Shown: positions 20,850 through 30,765 of the stretch, piece after piece | Layout of the letters: the number at the start of each line of letters is the position of its first letter | Position numbering within the stretch: the stretch's first letter is position 1 | Source: Gammaproteobacteria bacterium | GTDB taxonomy: Bacteria > Pseudomonadota > Gammaproteobacteria > UBA4575 | NCBI GenBank assembly: GCA_965222615.1 | Contig: CBDCUI010000009.1 | Span: 576,001-640,000, forward strand | Direction of reading: 5' to 3' | Length of the DNA: 64,000 nucleotides | Notes under the pieces: generated by a model | The model's database searches: none | Seen by the model: only the letters and a program-made list of their open reading frames with translations | Told to the model about the DNA's origin: nothing | Made by a program: the position numbers and the translations under genes

Positions 20850-21255
20850 AATCTTGTGACTCCATATCGTTTTTAGATTGATTAGACCTAAGGCCTATTC
20901 TTCTTTCTTTTTCAAACTCGCATCACACATACTAGCCAAATGGTATATCTGAAGTAATGATCCAAGTCAGCGAGAAATTGATTGCAACATTATGCCGCAT
21001 CTCCAAGACCAATCAAAGATCTATCATAATTAGCCAATCACTAGAAAAATCAATAGGCTAATTACATATTTATATAGACAAGTATTAGACAAAATTGATC
21101 TATATTTACAGACACAATACTTACCCTATATAAACTATTGAATTAGCAAAGCAATAAGGCTCAAATTCTCACATATTAGGAACTGATTTTACTGTCTCTC
21201 CTCTAAATGTTGAGTTTATGTAGAATCACGGTTATTGACAGGCACGGTTAGTTAG

Positions 21256-21819
21256 ATGCTTAAACTTTCCCTAAAGCTTTTGATTTGTATTGGTTTATTG
21301 GCCAGCTATTCGATTGCAAAAGATGACAAAGTAGGTGGCAATTTTGAATTGACCACTCATCTAAACGAACCTTATTCCTTAGCTAATTCAAAAGGCAAAG
21401 TAGTGCTCTTGTTTTTTGGCTTCACGCACTGTCCTGACGTATGCCCCAATACACTAAGTACCATACAAACCGTACTGAATCAGCTTGGTGATCAAGCTAA
21501 ATTAGTCCAACCTTTGTTTATCACAGTCGATCCTGAACGTGACAATCCTAAAATATTAAATGAATATTTGAAATATTTTAGTAATAATATCATTGGGTTA
21601 ACTGGAAAAATTGAGAATATAGATAAAGTTATCAAGCAATTCCGTGCTTTTTACTCATATGAAGGAAATGTTTCAGCAGGTGCTTATACCGTCGACCATA
21701 CTTCCAATCTTTACATTATTAATACAGACGGTGAAGTCGCCAATATCATGCAGTATGGCTTACCCCCTCAAGCAATTACCGATGCAGTGCGAAAATTATT
21801 GCCAAATTCTTCTAGTTAA
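21256..21819 (+). CDS. SCO family protein (canonical CxxxC)
   Basis: FGFTHCPDVCP, TVDPERD, VDHTS. Confidence 0.93.
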   Translation: MLKLSLKLLICIGLLASYSIAKDDKVGGNFELTTHLNEPYSLANSKGKVVLLFFGFTHCPDVCPNTLSTIQTVLNQLGDQAKLVQPLFITVDPERDNPKILNEYLKYFSNNIIGLTGKIENIDKVIKQFRAFYSYEGNVSAGAYTVDHTSNLYIINTDGEVANIMQYGLPPQAITDAVRKLLPNSSS

Positions 21820-21960
21820 ATAAGTCAAATAATTACAACAAATAGCGACTTTTATCCAAGAAGTAGCCAGGCCCAAAAGGTGGTGAATGATAAGCACTTT
21901 CTACAAGCGGCTATGTAAGTATTTTCACGAACCCGATTACGAAGTACTTGGCAATAAAGA

Positions 21961-22347
21961 CTACTTATATTGAATGTAGGCAAAACGAGGATCTGCTGGG
22001 GTGCCTTCCAAATCTCCTTCTTCACTTCCTGGCTGCCACATGACTATTTCCTCAATTTTTTTAGCTAATTCAAAATCTTTATTAGTAACCCCTTTGGCTG
22101 CATGATTCATCAGTTTACATATCACAAAGGCATAAGATACCGTTAAGTCCGGGTGGTGAAACGCTGCTTCGGCTAAATGACCAATTGTGTTCACCACCAT
22201 TAAAGTGCCCTTCCAACTATGGGTTTTATACTTTCTGCGTATCCAGCCATTTTCATAGTACCAATTAGGTAATTCTTCGTTTAAACGCTCTTGTATTTGC
22301 TCTTCACTATAGGTCTGTTCTGATTTGATTTCGCGCCATTTTGACAT
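21961..22347 (-). CDS. Pterin-4a-carbinolamine dehydratase (PcbD-like, C1-cluster associated)
   Basis: AEAAFHHPDL, HAAKGVTNKDFELA. Start refined to ATG 22347, which has a GGAG RBS. Confidence 0.85.
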   Translation of the reverse strand: MSKWREIKSEQTYSEEQIQERLNEELPNWYYENGWIRRKYKTHSWKGTLMVVNTIGHLAEAAFHHPDLTVSYAFVICKLMNHAAKGVTNKDFELAKKIEEIVMWQPGSEEGDLEGTPADPRFAYIQYK

Positions 22348-22454
22348 GATCGCACTCTCCAAGATATGGTTGTTAAATTATACCAATCTTTATCTTGGGC
22401 TAGCTATTGATTAATAGCCTAAATAAAACAAGAACAATTAGGCGCAGACTTACT

Positions 22455-24134
22455 ATGGATACAGAAGTTAAAACGCAAAGGAATAAATTGCGTGGCCAAA
22501 AGCGTGGTAGAGCGGTTGATGCATCTGCATTGAAGGAAGTACAAAACCTATTAAATTCTTTTCCTCTACGAAAAGACCTTCTAATTGAATATTTGCATTT
22601 AATTCAAGACAAGTATCATCAAATATCTACAAAACATATTGTTGCGCTTGCCCATGAGCTTAAATTAGCGCCTGCCGAAGTCTTTGAAGTGGCATCTTTT
22701 TACCACCATTTTGATGTAGCAAAAGACAATCAATCATCCATTCCTGATCTAACTATTCGCGTGTGTGATTCAATTACTTGTGAAATGTTTGGTGCCAATA
22801 CTCTGTATAACGAACTGCAAAAATTTTATGGCGAGAAAGTGCGTATCCAGCGTGTACCCTGTGTTGGGCGTTGCGCAAAAGCACCGATTGCTGTGGTAGG
22901 AAAAAATCCTATTGAACAAGCAAGATTAGAAACAGTTTGTGAGATTGTAGAAACTGACAATATTGAACCTAAAGTTTCAGATTACATTTCCTATAGTAAC
23001 TATGTGAACAGTGGTGGTTATCAATTAGTAAAGCGTTATTTTGATAGCTCGAATAGTGCTGAAAAAATAATAGAAATACTAAAAGACTCTGGTTTACGCG
23101 GTTTAGGTGGTGCCGGTTTCCCCGCAGGCACAAAATGGGAACTGGTGAGCCAACAACCAGAGCCTCACTTGCTTGCAGTTAATATTGATGAAGGCGAACC
23201 AGGAACATTTAAAGACCGTTACTTTTTAGAAAAAGATCCACATCGATTTATAGAAGGCGCATTAATTGCTGCTCATGCTGTAAAAATTGAGGAGATCTAT
23301 ATTTATCTACGTGATGAATATGCAGGCTGCTATACAATCCTGCAACATGAGTTAGACCAACTGAAAAAAGATCCTCCTTGCCAATTACCACATATAGAAC
23401 TGCGTCGTGGTGCAGGCGCTTACATATGTGGTGAAGAATCTGCCATGATCGAATCTATTGAAGGTAAACGCGGCATGCCTAGGTTACGTCCACCTTACGT
23501 AGCCCAAGTAGGACTATTTGGACGACCAACACTAGAACACAACTTAGAAACGTTGTTTTGGATTCGAGATATCCTAGAAAAAGGTGCGGATTGGTTTAAT
23601 TTACAGGGTCGTAATGGCCGCAAAGGAATGCGTTCTTATTCTGTAAGTGGACGTGTAAAAAAACCCGGTGTGTATGTAACGGATGCCGGAATTACGATTA
23701 ATGAACTTATCGAAGAACATTGCGGTGGAATGTTGGATGGTCATAACTTTTATGGGTATTTCCCAGGCGGTGCCTCTGGTGGAATTTTACCTGCATCCAT
23801 GGGAGATCTACCTTTAGATTTTGGCACTTTAGAAGAACACGGATGCTTTATTGGCTCTGCAGCAATTATTATTTTATCGGACAAAGATAGTGCGCGGGTT
23901 ACTGCTACTAATGCTATGCGATTCTTTGAACACGAATCCTGTGGGCAATGCACACCCTGTCGTGTTGGGACCGCAAAAGCTGTAGATTTAATGCAAAACG
24001 AAACATGGGATATAACACTATTGCAAGATCTTGCTACGGTTATGCGTGATGCTTCAATTTGTGGATTGGGACAAGCTGCACCTAATCCAATGGAAAGCGT
24101 AATTAAATTCTTTCCAGATGAACTTAATAAATAA
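22455..24134 (+). CDS. NAD-dependent formate dehydrogenase beta subunit (NuoE-NuoF fusion, Fdh1B-like)
   Basis: CDSITC..CVGRC [2Fe-2S], GLRGLGGAGFP, GAYICGEESA, ESCGQCTPCRVG. Confidence 0.9.
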   Translation: MDTEVKTQRNKLRGQKRGRAVDASALKEVQNLLNSFPLRKDLLIEYLHLIQDKYHQISTKHIVALAHELKLAPAEVFEVASFYHHFDVAKDNQSSIPDLTIRVCDSITCEMFGANTLYNELQKFYGEKVRIQRVPCVGRCAKAPIAVVGKNPIEQARLETVCEIVETDNIEPKVSDYISYSNYVNSGGYQLVKRYFDSSNSAEKIIEILKDSGLRGLGGAGFPAGTKWELVSQQPEPHLLAVNIDEGEPGTFKDRYFLEKDPHRFIEGALIAAHAVKIEEIYIYLRDEYAGCYTILQHELDQLKKDPPCQLPHIELRRGAGAYICGEESAMIESIEGKRGMPRLRPPYVAQVGLFGRPTLEHNLETLFWIRDILEKGADWFNLQGRNGRKGMRSYSVSGRVKKPGVYVTDAGITINELIEEHCGGMLDGHNFYGYFPGGASGGILPASMGDLPLDFGTLEEHGCFIGSAAIIILSDKDSARVTATNAMRFFEHESCGQCTPCRVGTAKAVDLMQNETWDITLLQDLATVMRDASICGLGQAAPNPMESVIKFFPDELNK

Positions 24135-24151
24135 TAAAGTAAATTTATCAA

Positions 24152-26905
24152 ATGGCTGCTAACCCAGAACAACTGAGACAAGGACAAACCGTCGAATTTG
24201 AATTAAACGGAAAAACAATAACGGCTTCTCCCTATGAATCCATTCTTGAGGCAGCTAAACGCAACAACATTGATATCCCTCATCTTTGTTACAAATCGGG
24301 TTTGCGTGCCGACGGCAACTGTCGAGCTTGCATGGTCGAAATAGAAGGTGAACGAGTGTTACAACCTTCTTGTATACGTACCCCAACGCAAGGCATGGTG
24401 GTACACACAGATAATGAGCGTGCGACACTTTCGCAAAAATTGGTATTAGAATTATTGCAATCTGACATGGCTGAGCGTAAATACACGCTAAACAATGAGC
24501 TTGATCAATGGTCGCAAAAGCTAGATATTGGTCTACCGAGATTTAAACCTCGCACCCAACCTCAAGAAGATCTTTCACACCCTGCGATAGCAGTCAATTT
24601 AGACGCATGTATTCAATGTACACGTTGCCTACGCGCTTGTCGTGAAGAACAAAATAATGATGTCATCGGGTATGCCTGGCGTGGCTCACACTCACAAATC
24701 GTTTTTGATATTGAAGACCCAATGGGAGACAGCACCTGTGTAGCTTGTGGCGAATGTGTACAGGCGTGTCCAACAGGTGCATTGATGCCAAGTAATAATG
24801 TAGGTTTAGAAAAACCAGATCGCGCAGTTAACTCAACATGCCCTTATTGTGGAGTGGGTTGTTTACTTACTTACAATATAAAAGATGAAAAGATTATCTA
24901 TGTTGAAGGTCGAGATGGCCCAGCTAATCAAAGTCGTCTATGTGTAAAAGGTCGTTACGGATTTGACTACATCCATCATAAAGGTCGACTCACTAAACCG
25001 CTAATTCGTAAAGAAGGCGTACCGAAAACAACTGAAATCGAAAAACTCAATCGAGACAATATTCTGGATTATTTTCGTGAGGCTAGCTGGGATGAAGCAC
25101 TGAATTTCGCCGCAAAAGGTTTAGTACAAATACGAGATGAATCCGGTCCTAATGCCTTAGCCGGTTTTGGCTCTGCTAAAGGATCGAATGAAGAGGCTTA
25201 CTTATTTCAAAAGCTAGTACGCACTGGCTTTCGCACTAACAACGTAGACCATTGTACGCGTTTATGTCATGCATCTTCGGTTGCGGCTTTATTAGAAGGC
25301 ATCGGTTCGGGAGCAGTTTCAAATCCAGTCGAAGATGTTGCAGAAGCCGAAGTGATTTTGGTTATTGGATCAAATGCAACTGAAAATCATCCGGTTGCAG
25401 CTACCTTTATGAAGAATGCAACACGCAACGGTAAAACACTTATTGTCATGGATCCAAGGCGTACGGAACTCGCCCGCCATGCAGACTATTTTCTACAATT
25501 TAAACCGGATACAGACGTGGCGATGTTGAATGCCATCATGCATTCTATTATTAAGCAAGATTTAGTTGACAAAGACTTTATAAAAAATCGAACCGAAGGC
25601 TTTATCGAATTGGCCAAACATTTGCGTGACTATTCACCTGAACAAATGGAGAAAATCTGTGGCATCCCAGCCGACACGTTAAATGAAGTTGCCAAAGTCT
25701 ACGCTAGCTCTAAAGCTTCAATCATATTTTGGGGCATGGGCGTTTCTCAGCACATACATGGAACCGATAATGCACGTTGCTTAATTGCTCTATCGATGAT
25801 GACCGGACAAATTGGTCGTCGTGGTACCGGTTTACATCCACTACGCGGACAAAATAATGTTCAGGGTGCTTCGGATGTCGGACTAATTCCAATGGTATTT
25901 CCAGATTATCAACGCGTTGATGATCCAACGGCACATGAACGTTTTGAAACACTTTGGGACACCTCTTTAGATAACAAGCCTGGCTTAACCGTAGTTGAAA
26001 TCATGGACGCAATTACCAAGGGAGATCTACTAGGAATGTATATTATGGGTGAGAATCCGGCCATGTCGGACCCAAATCTAAACCATGCCCGTAAAGCTCT
26101 CGCCTCACTTAAACATTTAGTCGTGCAAGAAATCTTTATGACAGAAACTGCTTGGTTTGCAGATGTACTGTTACCGGCTTCGGCATTTCCTGAAAAAACG
26201 GGTACTTTTACTAATACAGATCGCCGCGTGCAGTTAGGAAGACAAGCTTTACTTCCCCCAGGTGATGCCAAACAAGATTTATGGATAGTTCAAGAAATTG
26301 CAAAGCGTATAGGTTTGGAAGATTGGAAGTACCATTATGCTTCAGATGTCTATAAAGAAATGCAACAAGGCATGGACAGTATAAGAGGATTATCGTGGGA
26401 AAGACTAGAACAAGAAGATTCTGTTACCTACCCTTGCGAAAATGAGGGTGATCCAGGTGAAAGTGTCATTTTTGTAGATAATTTTCCTACTGAAAATGGA
26501 TTAGGAAAATTTGTCCCTGCAAAATTTACCAATGCGAATGAATTACCTGATACAGAGTACCCATTTGTATTAATTACAGGGCGACAACTAGAACATTGGC
26601 ACACAGGCGCCATGACTAGACGTGCAACGATGCTTGATGCCATTGAACCAGTCCCAGTAGCCAACATAAATAGCAGTGATTTACAAAAAATTGGCGCTCA
26701 AGCAGGCGACAAAATTAAGCTAAGCTCACGTCGTGGCAGTGTCGAGTGTTTCGCACGTGAAGATAGAGGGCTAAATGATGGCCAAGTTTTCATGCCATTT
26801 TGTTATCACGAAGCAGCAGCCAACTTATTAACTACCGATGCTTTAGATCCGTTTGGAAAGATTCCAGAATTTAAGTTCTGTGCCTTGAAAGTCGAATGCG
26901 CTTGA
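24152..26905 (+). CDS. fdhA: NAD-dependent formate dehydrogenase alpha subunit (Fdh1A/FdhF-like, Mo/W-bis-PGD)
   Basis: N-terminal Fe-S domains, CPYCGVGC, RLCHAS catalytic Cys-His, RGQNNVQG, KIPEFK. Confidence 0.93.
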   Translation: MAANPEQLRQGQTVEFELNGKTITASPYESILEAAKRNNIDIPHLCYKSGLRADGNCRACMVEIEGERVLQPSCIRTPTQGMVVHTDNERATLSQKLVLELLQSDMAERKYTLNNELDQWSQKLDIGLPRFKPRTQPQEDLSHPAIAVNLDACIQCTRCLRACREEQNNDVIGYAWRGSHSQIVFDIEDPMGDSTCVACGECVQACPTGALMPSNNVGLEKPDRAVNSTCPYCGVGCLLTYNIKDEKIIYVEGRDGPANQSRLCVKGRYGFDYIHHKGRLTKPLIRKEGVPKTTEIEKLNRDNILDYFREASWDEALNFAAKGLVQIRDESGPNALAGFGSAKGSNEEAYLFQKLVRTGFRTNNVDHCTRLCHASSVAALLEGIGSGAVSNPVEDVAEAEVILVIGSNATENHPVAATFMKNATRNGKTLIVMDPRRTELARHADYFLQFKPDTDVAMLNAIMHSIIKQDLVDKDFIKNRTEGFIELAKHLRDYSPEQMEKICGIPADTLNEVAKVYASSKASIIFWGMGVSQHIHGTDNARCLIALSMMTGQIGRRGTGLHPLRGQNNVQGASDVGLIPMVFPDYQRVDDPTAHERFETLWDTSLDNKPGLTVVEIMDAITKGDLLGMYIMGENPAMSDPNLNHARKALASLKHLVVQEIFMTETAWFADVLLPASAFPEKTGTFTNTDRRVQLGRQALLPPGDAKQDLWIVQEIAKRIGLEDWKYHYASDVYKEMQQGMDSIRGLSWERLEQEDSVTYPCENEGDPGESVIFVDNFPTENGLGKFVPAKFTNANELPDTEYPFVLITGRQLEHWHTGAMTRRATMLDAIEPVPVANINSSDLQKIGAQAGDKIKLSSRRGSVECFAREDRGLNDGQVFMPFCYHEAAANLLTTDALDPFGKIPEFKFCALKVECA

Positions 26906-27004
26906 TGCAGGAGCTTTAATACTTAATATAAAAAGATACTAACGATTTTCTTCTCATCTATTACGAGCAATGTCCATATATGTTTGCACTAAACACTAAG
27001 AGAT

Positions 27005-27035
27005 AAAAAAACAGCGAGTATTTACTCGCTGTTTT
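27005..27035. terminator. Bidirectional rho-independent terminator
   Basis: AAAAAAACAGCGAGTA-TT-TACTCGCTGTTTT between convergent genes. Confidence 0.85.
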
Positions 27036-27060
27036 CATTAGTTAAGACAAAAATATTTGA

Positions 27061-27516
27061 CTAGTTACCACATTTACCTTCACCACACTTGCCTTCTTTG
27101 CCTTTACTTCCACCGCATTTACCTTCGCCACACTTGCCTTCCCCACACTTACCTTCACCGCTTTTACCATTTATTTCTGCAGCAGTAAGCTCACCATCAT
27201 TATTCGCATCCATACTAGCAAAGCCATGATCCCATTCTGTCCAACTAATACTGCCGTCGCCATTTTTATCCATCATTTTAACAGCCAAATTTCCACCACA
27301 CTTACCTTCTCCGCATTTGCCTTCCCCACACTTTCCTTCTCCGCATTTGCCTTCTCCACACTTTCCTTCTTTACCCGCCACCATATAGCCAGAAGATAAT
27401 TCGGTCATTTGAAAAGGATTGTCGCCTGCATTTTCTGCACTGATACTAAAAGAACTGGTTGCAAGTACTGCCCCAACTGCAGCAACTAAAGGTTTTAATT
27501 CCGATTTGTGTTTCAT
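27061..27516 (-). CDS. HvfA-like EGKCG-repeat RiPP precursor with two inserted EF-hands
   Basis: Signal peptide, NPFQMTELSSGYMVA, 10 EGKCG repeats (5+5), EF-hand loops DKNGDGSISWTE and DANNDGELTAAE. Confidence 0.85.
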   Translation of the reverse strand: MKHKSELKPLVAAVGAVLATSSFSISAENAGDNPFQMTELSSGYMVAGKEGKCGEGKCGEGKCGEGKCGEGKCGGNLAVKMMDKNGDGSISWTEWDHGFASMDANNDGELTAAEINGKSGEGKCGEGKCGEGKCGGSKGKEGKCGEGKCGN

Positions 27517-27708
27517 TTTATGTCTCCTGAAATTAGTAAGTTTGTTTTACTATTAAGTGGTATAGCTATTTGAGCATATAACACAAGATGTTTCACATTT
27601 AATTATATTAAAAAATGAAATAAAGAAATTTATTTATATTTGTAATGATTCGATGACAATCTGGGTCTTTATAAGAACTTCTGTAGACTCGTCTGTGTTT
27701 TCCAGTTA

Positions 27709-29115
27709 TTACTTGTTATGCGATATAAGATTCTCAGTAGAATCATCTGATAATAGAAACTCAATAATTTCACGCAGTTTATTGCCGCTTGCATCATGGC
27801 CACGTTGTCGAATCGTAGCGAATATTTTATTTAACCGACTTCTGATTTGGTCAGGAATATTTTCAGCAATATGTTGACTGGCTTCCGCTTCAATGACTAA
27901 TGACTCTCGCAAAGCATGATTTCGTTCAGAAACTAATTGATGATGCAAAATAGCCCGGCTGAGTAATACAAAAGGTAGATTAACGTCTCTAACCGGGCCA
28001 ACATTTATATTGCGATCGGTCAACGACTTACCCAATACTTTAAGCTTACCTAGTTTTTCTGAACCAAATAATGCTGATGCACCGCCAATCAGTGCACCCA
28101 AACCTGCACCTAACAGTAATGATGACCCACCGACCATTACATCGATTCCTAGTCCGGCTACTGCTCCTGATGCAGCTCCGCTGGTTACAATTTGAGACTT
28201 TGACAAACCAAATAATTCCGCGGTCTCCGATGAAAACAAATCTAAATTTAAAAACTCCATCATCGCTTCATCACGCTCTATATTTTGATGACGATAGATA
28301 TATTCAACTTCTTTACGTGCCTTTTGCTCTTGTTCACGCAGAGTATTTTTAAGTTTTTCACTCAGTTTTTCGATCACCGGTTCTGCATTGGCATCTTCGG
28401 CAATAGTTTTACTTTCCTTAGAGGTTAAAGCCTTAACTAATAAATTGGATATCACCTTAGCTGATCTTTTTCTTCTTTGAACTAAATCTGCTGTGAGCGC
28501 ATCGACAGCTCGTAATAAATGAGGTCGCCAATCTTCACTCAGTTCAGCAAAACTTCTCAGTAAAGCCATGCGTTTGCTGGCATCGGCACGCACTGCATCA
28601 AACACGCGTACAAGGGCAAAAAATTGATCCAATGCAGTACGCCATTCTTCAACGTAATCGCCTTCACTGATTAAGTTTATTAATGCCATGCGTGGTCGAC
28701 CTGTCCAACGCAAAATTTCCATTTCTGCTTCGTATTCAGTCCCATAAGGTTTTGAACCATCCACGACATATAAAATCCCTGCACCATCTAACAAAGGTTG
28801 CAGCAATTCGCACTCATCATGAAAGTTTTTATCGTTGCGGTGAGTCTCCACAAATCTTGCTACGGTTTGTGGTCGATCATCTGCACTGGTACTATTTTTT
28901 TCCAACCATGCAAGCACTTTGCGTGGGCGCTGAAAGCCTGGAGTATCAAATAACTCATACAGCACTTTATTTTTAATGCGCATGGGATACATTTGAGTTT
29001 CAACCGTCGTGCCGGGAATATTTGAGATTTGAATATCACTTGTTTCTACTAAAGTAGAAACGATGCTGCTTTTCCCTTTGTTTGGATGACCGACAACGGC
29101 AAACTTCGGAGTCAT
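27709..29115 (-). CDS. Era-like GTPase with DUF3482 domain
   Basis: GHPNKGKSS, PGTT, DTPG; Gly-rich hydrophobic C-terminal hairpin. Confidence 0.8.
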   Translation of the reverse strand: MTPKFAVVGHPNKGKSSIVSTLVETSDIQISNIPGTTVETQMYPMRIKNKVLYELFDTPGFQRPRKVLAWLEKNSTSADDRPQTVARFVETHRNDKNFHDECELLQPLLDGAGILYVVDGSKPYGTEYEAEMEILRWTGRPRMALINLISEGDYVEEWRTALDQFFALVRVFDAVRADASKRMALLRSFAELSEDWRPHLLRAVDALTADLVQRRKRSAKVISNLLVKALTSKESKTIAEDANAEPVIEKLSEKLKNTLREQEQKARKEVEYIYRHQNIERDEAMMEFLNLDLFSSETAELFGLSKSQIVTSGAASGAVAGLGIDVMVGGSSLLLGAGLGALIGGASALFGSEKLGKLKVLGKSLTDRNINVGPVRDVNLPFVLLSRAILHHQLVSERNHALRESLVIEAEASQHIAENIPDQIRSRLNKIFATIRQRGHDASGNKLREIIEFLLSDDSTENLISHNK

Positions 29116-30533
29116 ATCACATATACCTTTGGATCCTGCAACTTTTCTATACTATGTCGCCAAATTTCTACATCGGTTGCATCAGGTAACTCATTATTTG
29201 CAGAGATAGGCTGAATAGAGATTGAAACTTCGCTACCGAATTTTGTCCGCAATATTTGAATAAAGTCATGAAATTCCAATAAAGGCGGCTCCCATGCCTT
29301 GGTAATAATATGGATTTTCCCGGTTTCATTAACATCAATTTGTCTTATTACCTCACTATCAATTTGTAAATCACCATCGCCACTCACTTCGATAATATTT
29401 TTATGCTGTAAGTCTTTATTACTTGACCTTGCACTATTCCATAAAATAATGGCATCAGCAGATTGAAAATCGAAGGTAGAAGCACTTGTAGTAGTTTGCC
29501 TTTCCGCACTAACAATGGGTGCTTGCTCCTGACCTGACCCGATAGGCGCATCAAATCGATCCAATAAAGCTGTTACCTCTGAGTGTTGCATCAACATTTC
29601 TTGTATCGCCTTTTTATAATTAAAATTGGCAACCCATGTGGCGAGAACTCTAAAACCGATGCCATAAACTAATAAACACATGGCGATGAACTTCCACCAA
29701 CCTGTCAAAGTTTGCGCAGATAACTCACTTGTTCCATTAGCCAATCTAAAATAGCGTGACTGCTCTATTAAAGAAGTTGAAGGCACAGCTTCAGGAAACC
29801 ATGTTACCCATGGCCACGCCAATGCTTGCACCCAAGGAGATAAAGTTGAGGCTTCAATATCTAAAGTAGTACTCCAACCAAATGCCAAATCGCTAAAACT
29901 CACTCTTGCCAGCAAGGTCAACAATGCAGCAATAGCCAGTGCCATGCCAAATTGTTGCGAATACAATAATAGCCTCCAGCGTAGTAATTTATCTTTAGCT
30001 GCATCACTACGACTAGATGAGAAAAACGCTTCTAAGACAGGACTTTTTTTCTTTAAAAAAGAAAACACCATACTGCCGGCATTAAGGCCACTCACAACGC
30101 TGTTACTATTTAGCAATGGCAAAATTAAAGAAACAAAAAACAGTAATAATGGCAGCAGCACTAGAAAGATTAGTAACACTAAAACATTAATAGGTTGGCT
30201 ACCGTCGTAATATAAAAGCGCGCTTGCTAATGCTAGACCCGTAAAAAATCCGATTAAGATTACGATCCAACTCACACGCTTAAAGAAAGATGCCAGCTCT
30301 TGACCAGAACTTTGAGCGTCCGTTTTTGGCTGAATCTGCCTCCACCAATGCAACACGCGTTGGTAGGGTTGCTGGAATAAAATTCCGGATTGACTGGCTA
30401 TTTGCTGATCCCGCTGTACACGCGTTTGCCAAGCGTTGCTGCGGTCTTGCTCCAACCAGACGGGAATATCTATGGCATTAGAAAGTAATGTTTTACGCTC
30501 TACCATATCCCTATTCTTCTTTATGTGCTCCAA
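29112..30533 (-). CDS. DUF2868-type membrane protein
   Basis: YDGxxPIN, FGWSTTL, WEPP motifs; 4-bp overlap with the DUF3482 GTPase. Confidence 0.75.
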   Translation of the reverse strand: MEHIKKNRDMVERKTLLSNAIDIPVWLEQDRSNAWQTRVQRDQQIASQSGILFQQPYQRVLHWWRQIQPKTDAQSSGQELASFFKRVSWIVILIGFFTGLALASALLYYDGSQPINVLVLLIFLVLLPLLLFFVSLILPLLNSNSVVSGLNAGSMVFSFLKKKSPVLEAFFSSSRSDAAKDKLLRWRLLLYSQQFGMALAIAALLTLLARVSFSDLAFGWSTTLDIEASTLSPWVQALAWPWVTWFPEAVPSTSLIEQSRYFRLANGTSELSAQTLTGWWKFIAMCLLVYGIGFRVLATWVANFNYKKAIQEMLMQHSEVTALLDRFDAPIGSGQEQAPIVSAERQTTTSASTFDFQSADAIILWNSARSSNKDLQHKNIIEVSGDGDLQIDSEVIRQIDVNETGKIHIITKAWEPPLLEFHDFIQILRTKFGSEVSISIQPISANNELPDATDVEIWRHSIEKLQDPKVYVI

Positions 30534-30765
30534 TTTGGCTATTACCCATCACTTTAAGTTTGTGCATTACCCCGTCCGCTCTATTGCAGCATTCTAATAG
30601 ATAAGACAGAATTCGCGCCTTTTGCAGTTTCAGAAGCAATTTTGGTGACGAATGGATAGAAATTGAGCTGTCTTGTTGCGCACAATGAAGTAGACTTGCC
30701 AGCCTTATAATATACCTTATATAAGCTCCAGAACTAACTGAATATATTATATAAAGATAACTGAT

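Noticed and set aside
21961-22347. PCD-like protein as a Rubisco assembly factor
   Set aside because: The catalytic HHPD motif is intact and no Rubisco or carboxysome genes are nearby.
12665-26905. Selenocysteine in FwdB or FdhA
   Set aside because: Both active sites have Cys codons (SVCHG, RLCHA) and there is no in-frame TGA.
27061-27375. 15-bp tandem repeats that could be mistaken for a CRISPR array or VNTR
   Set aside because: They vary at synonymous positions and encode the EGKCG peptide repeats; there are no spacers.
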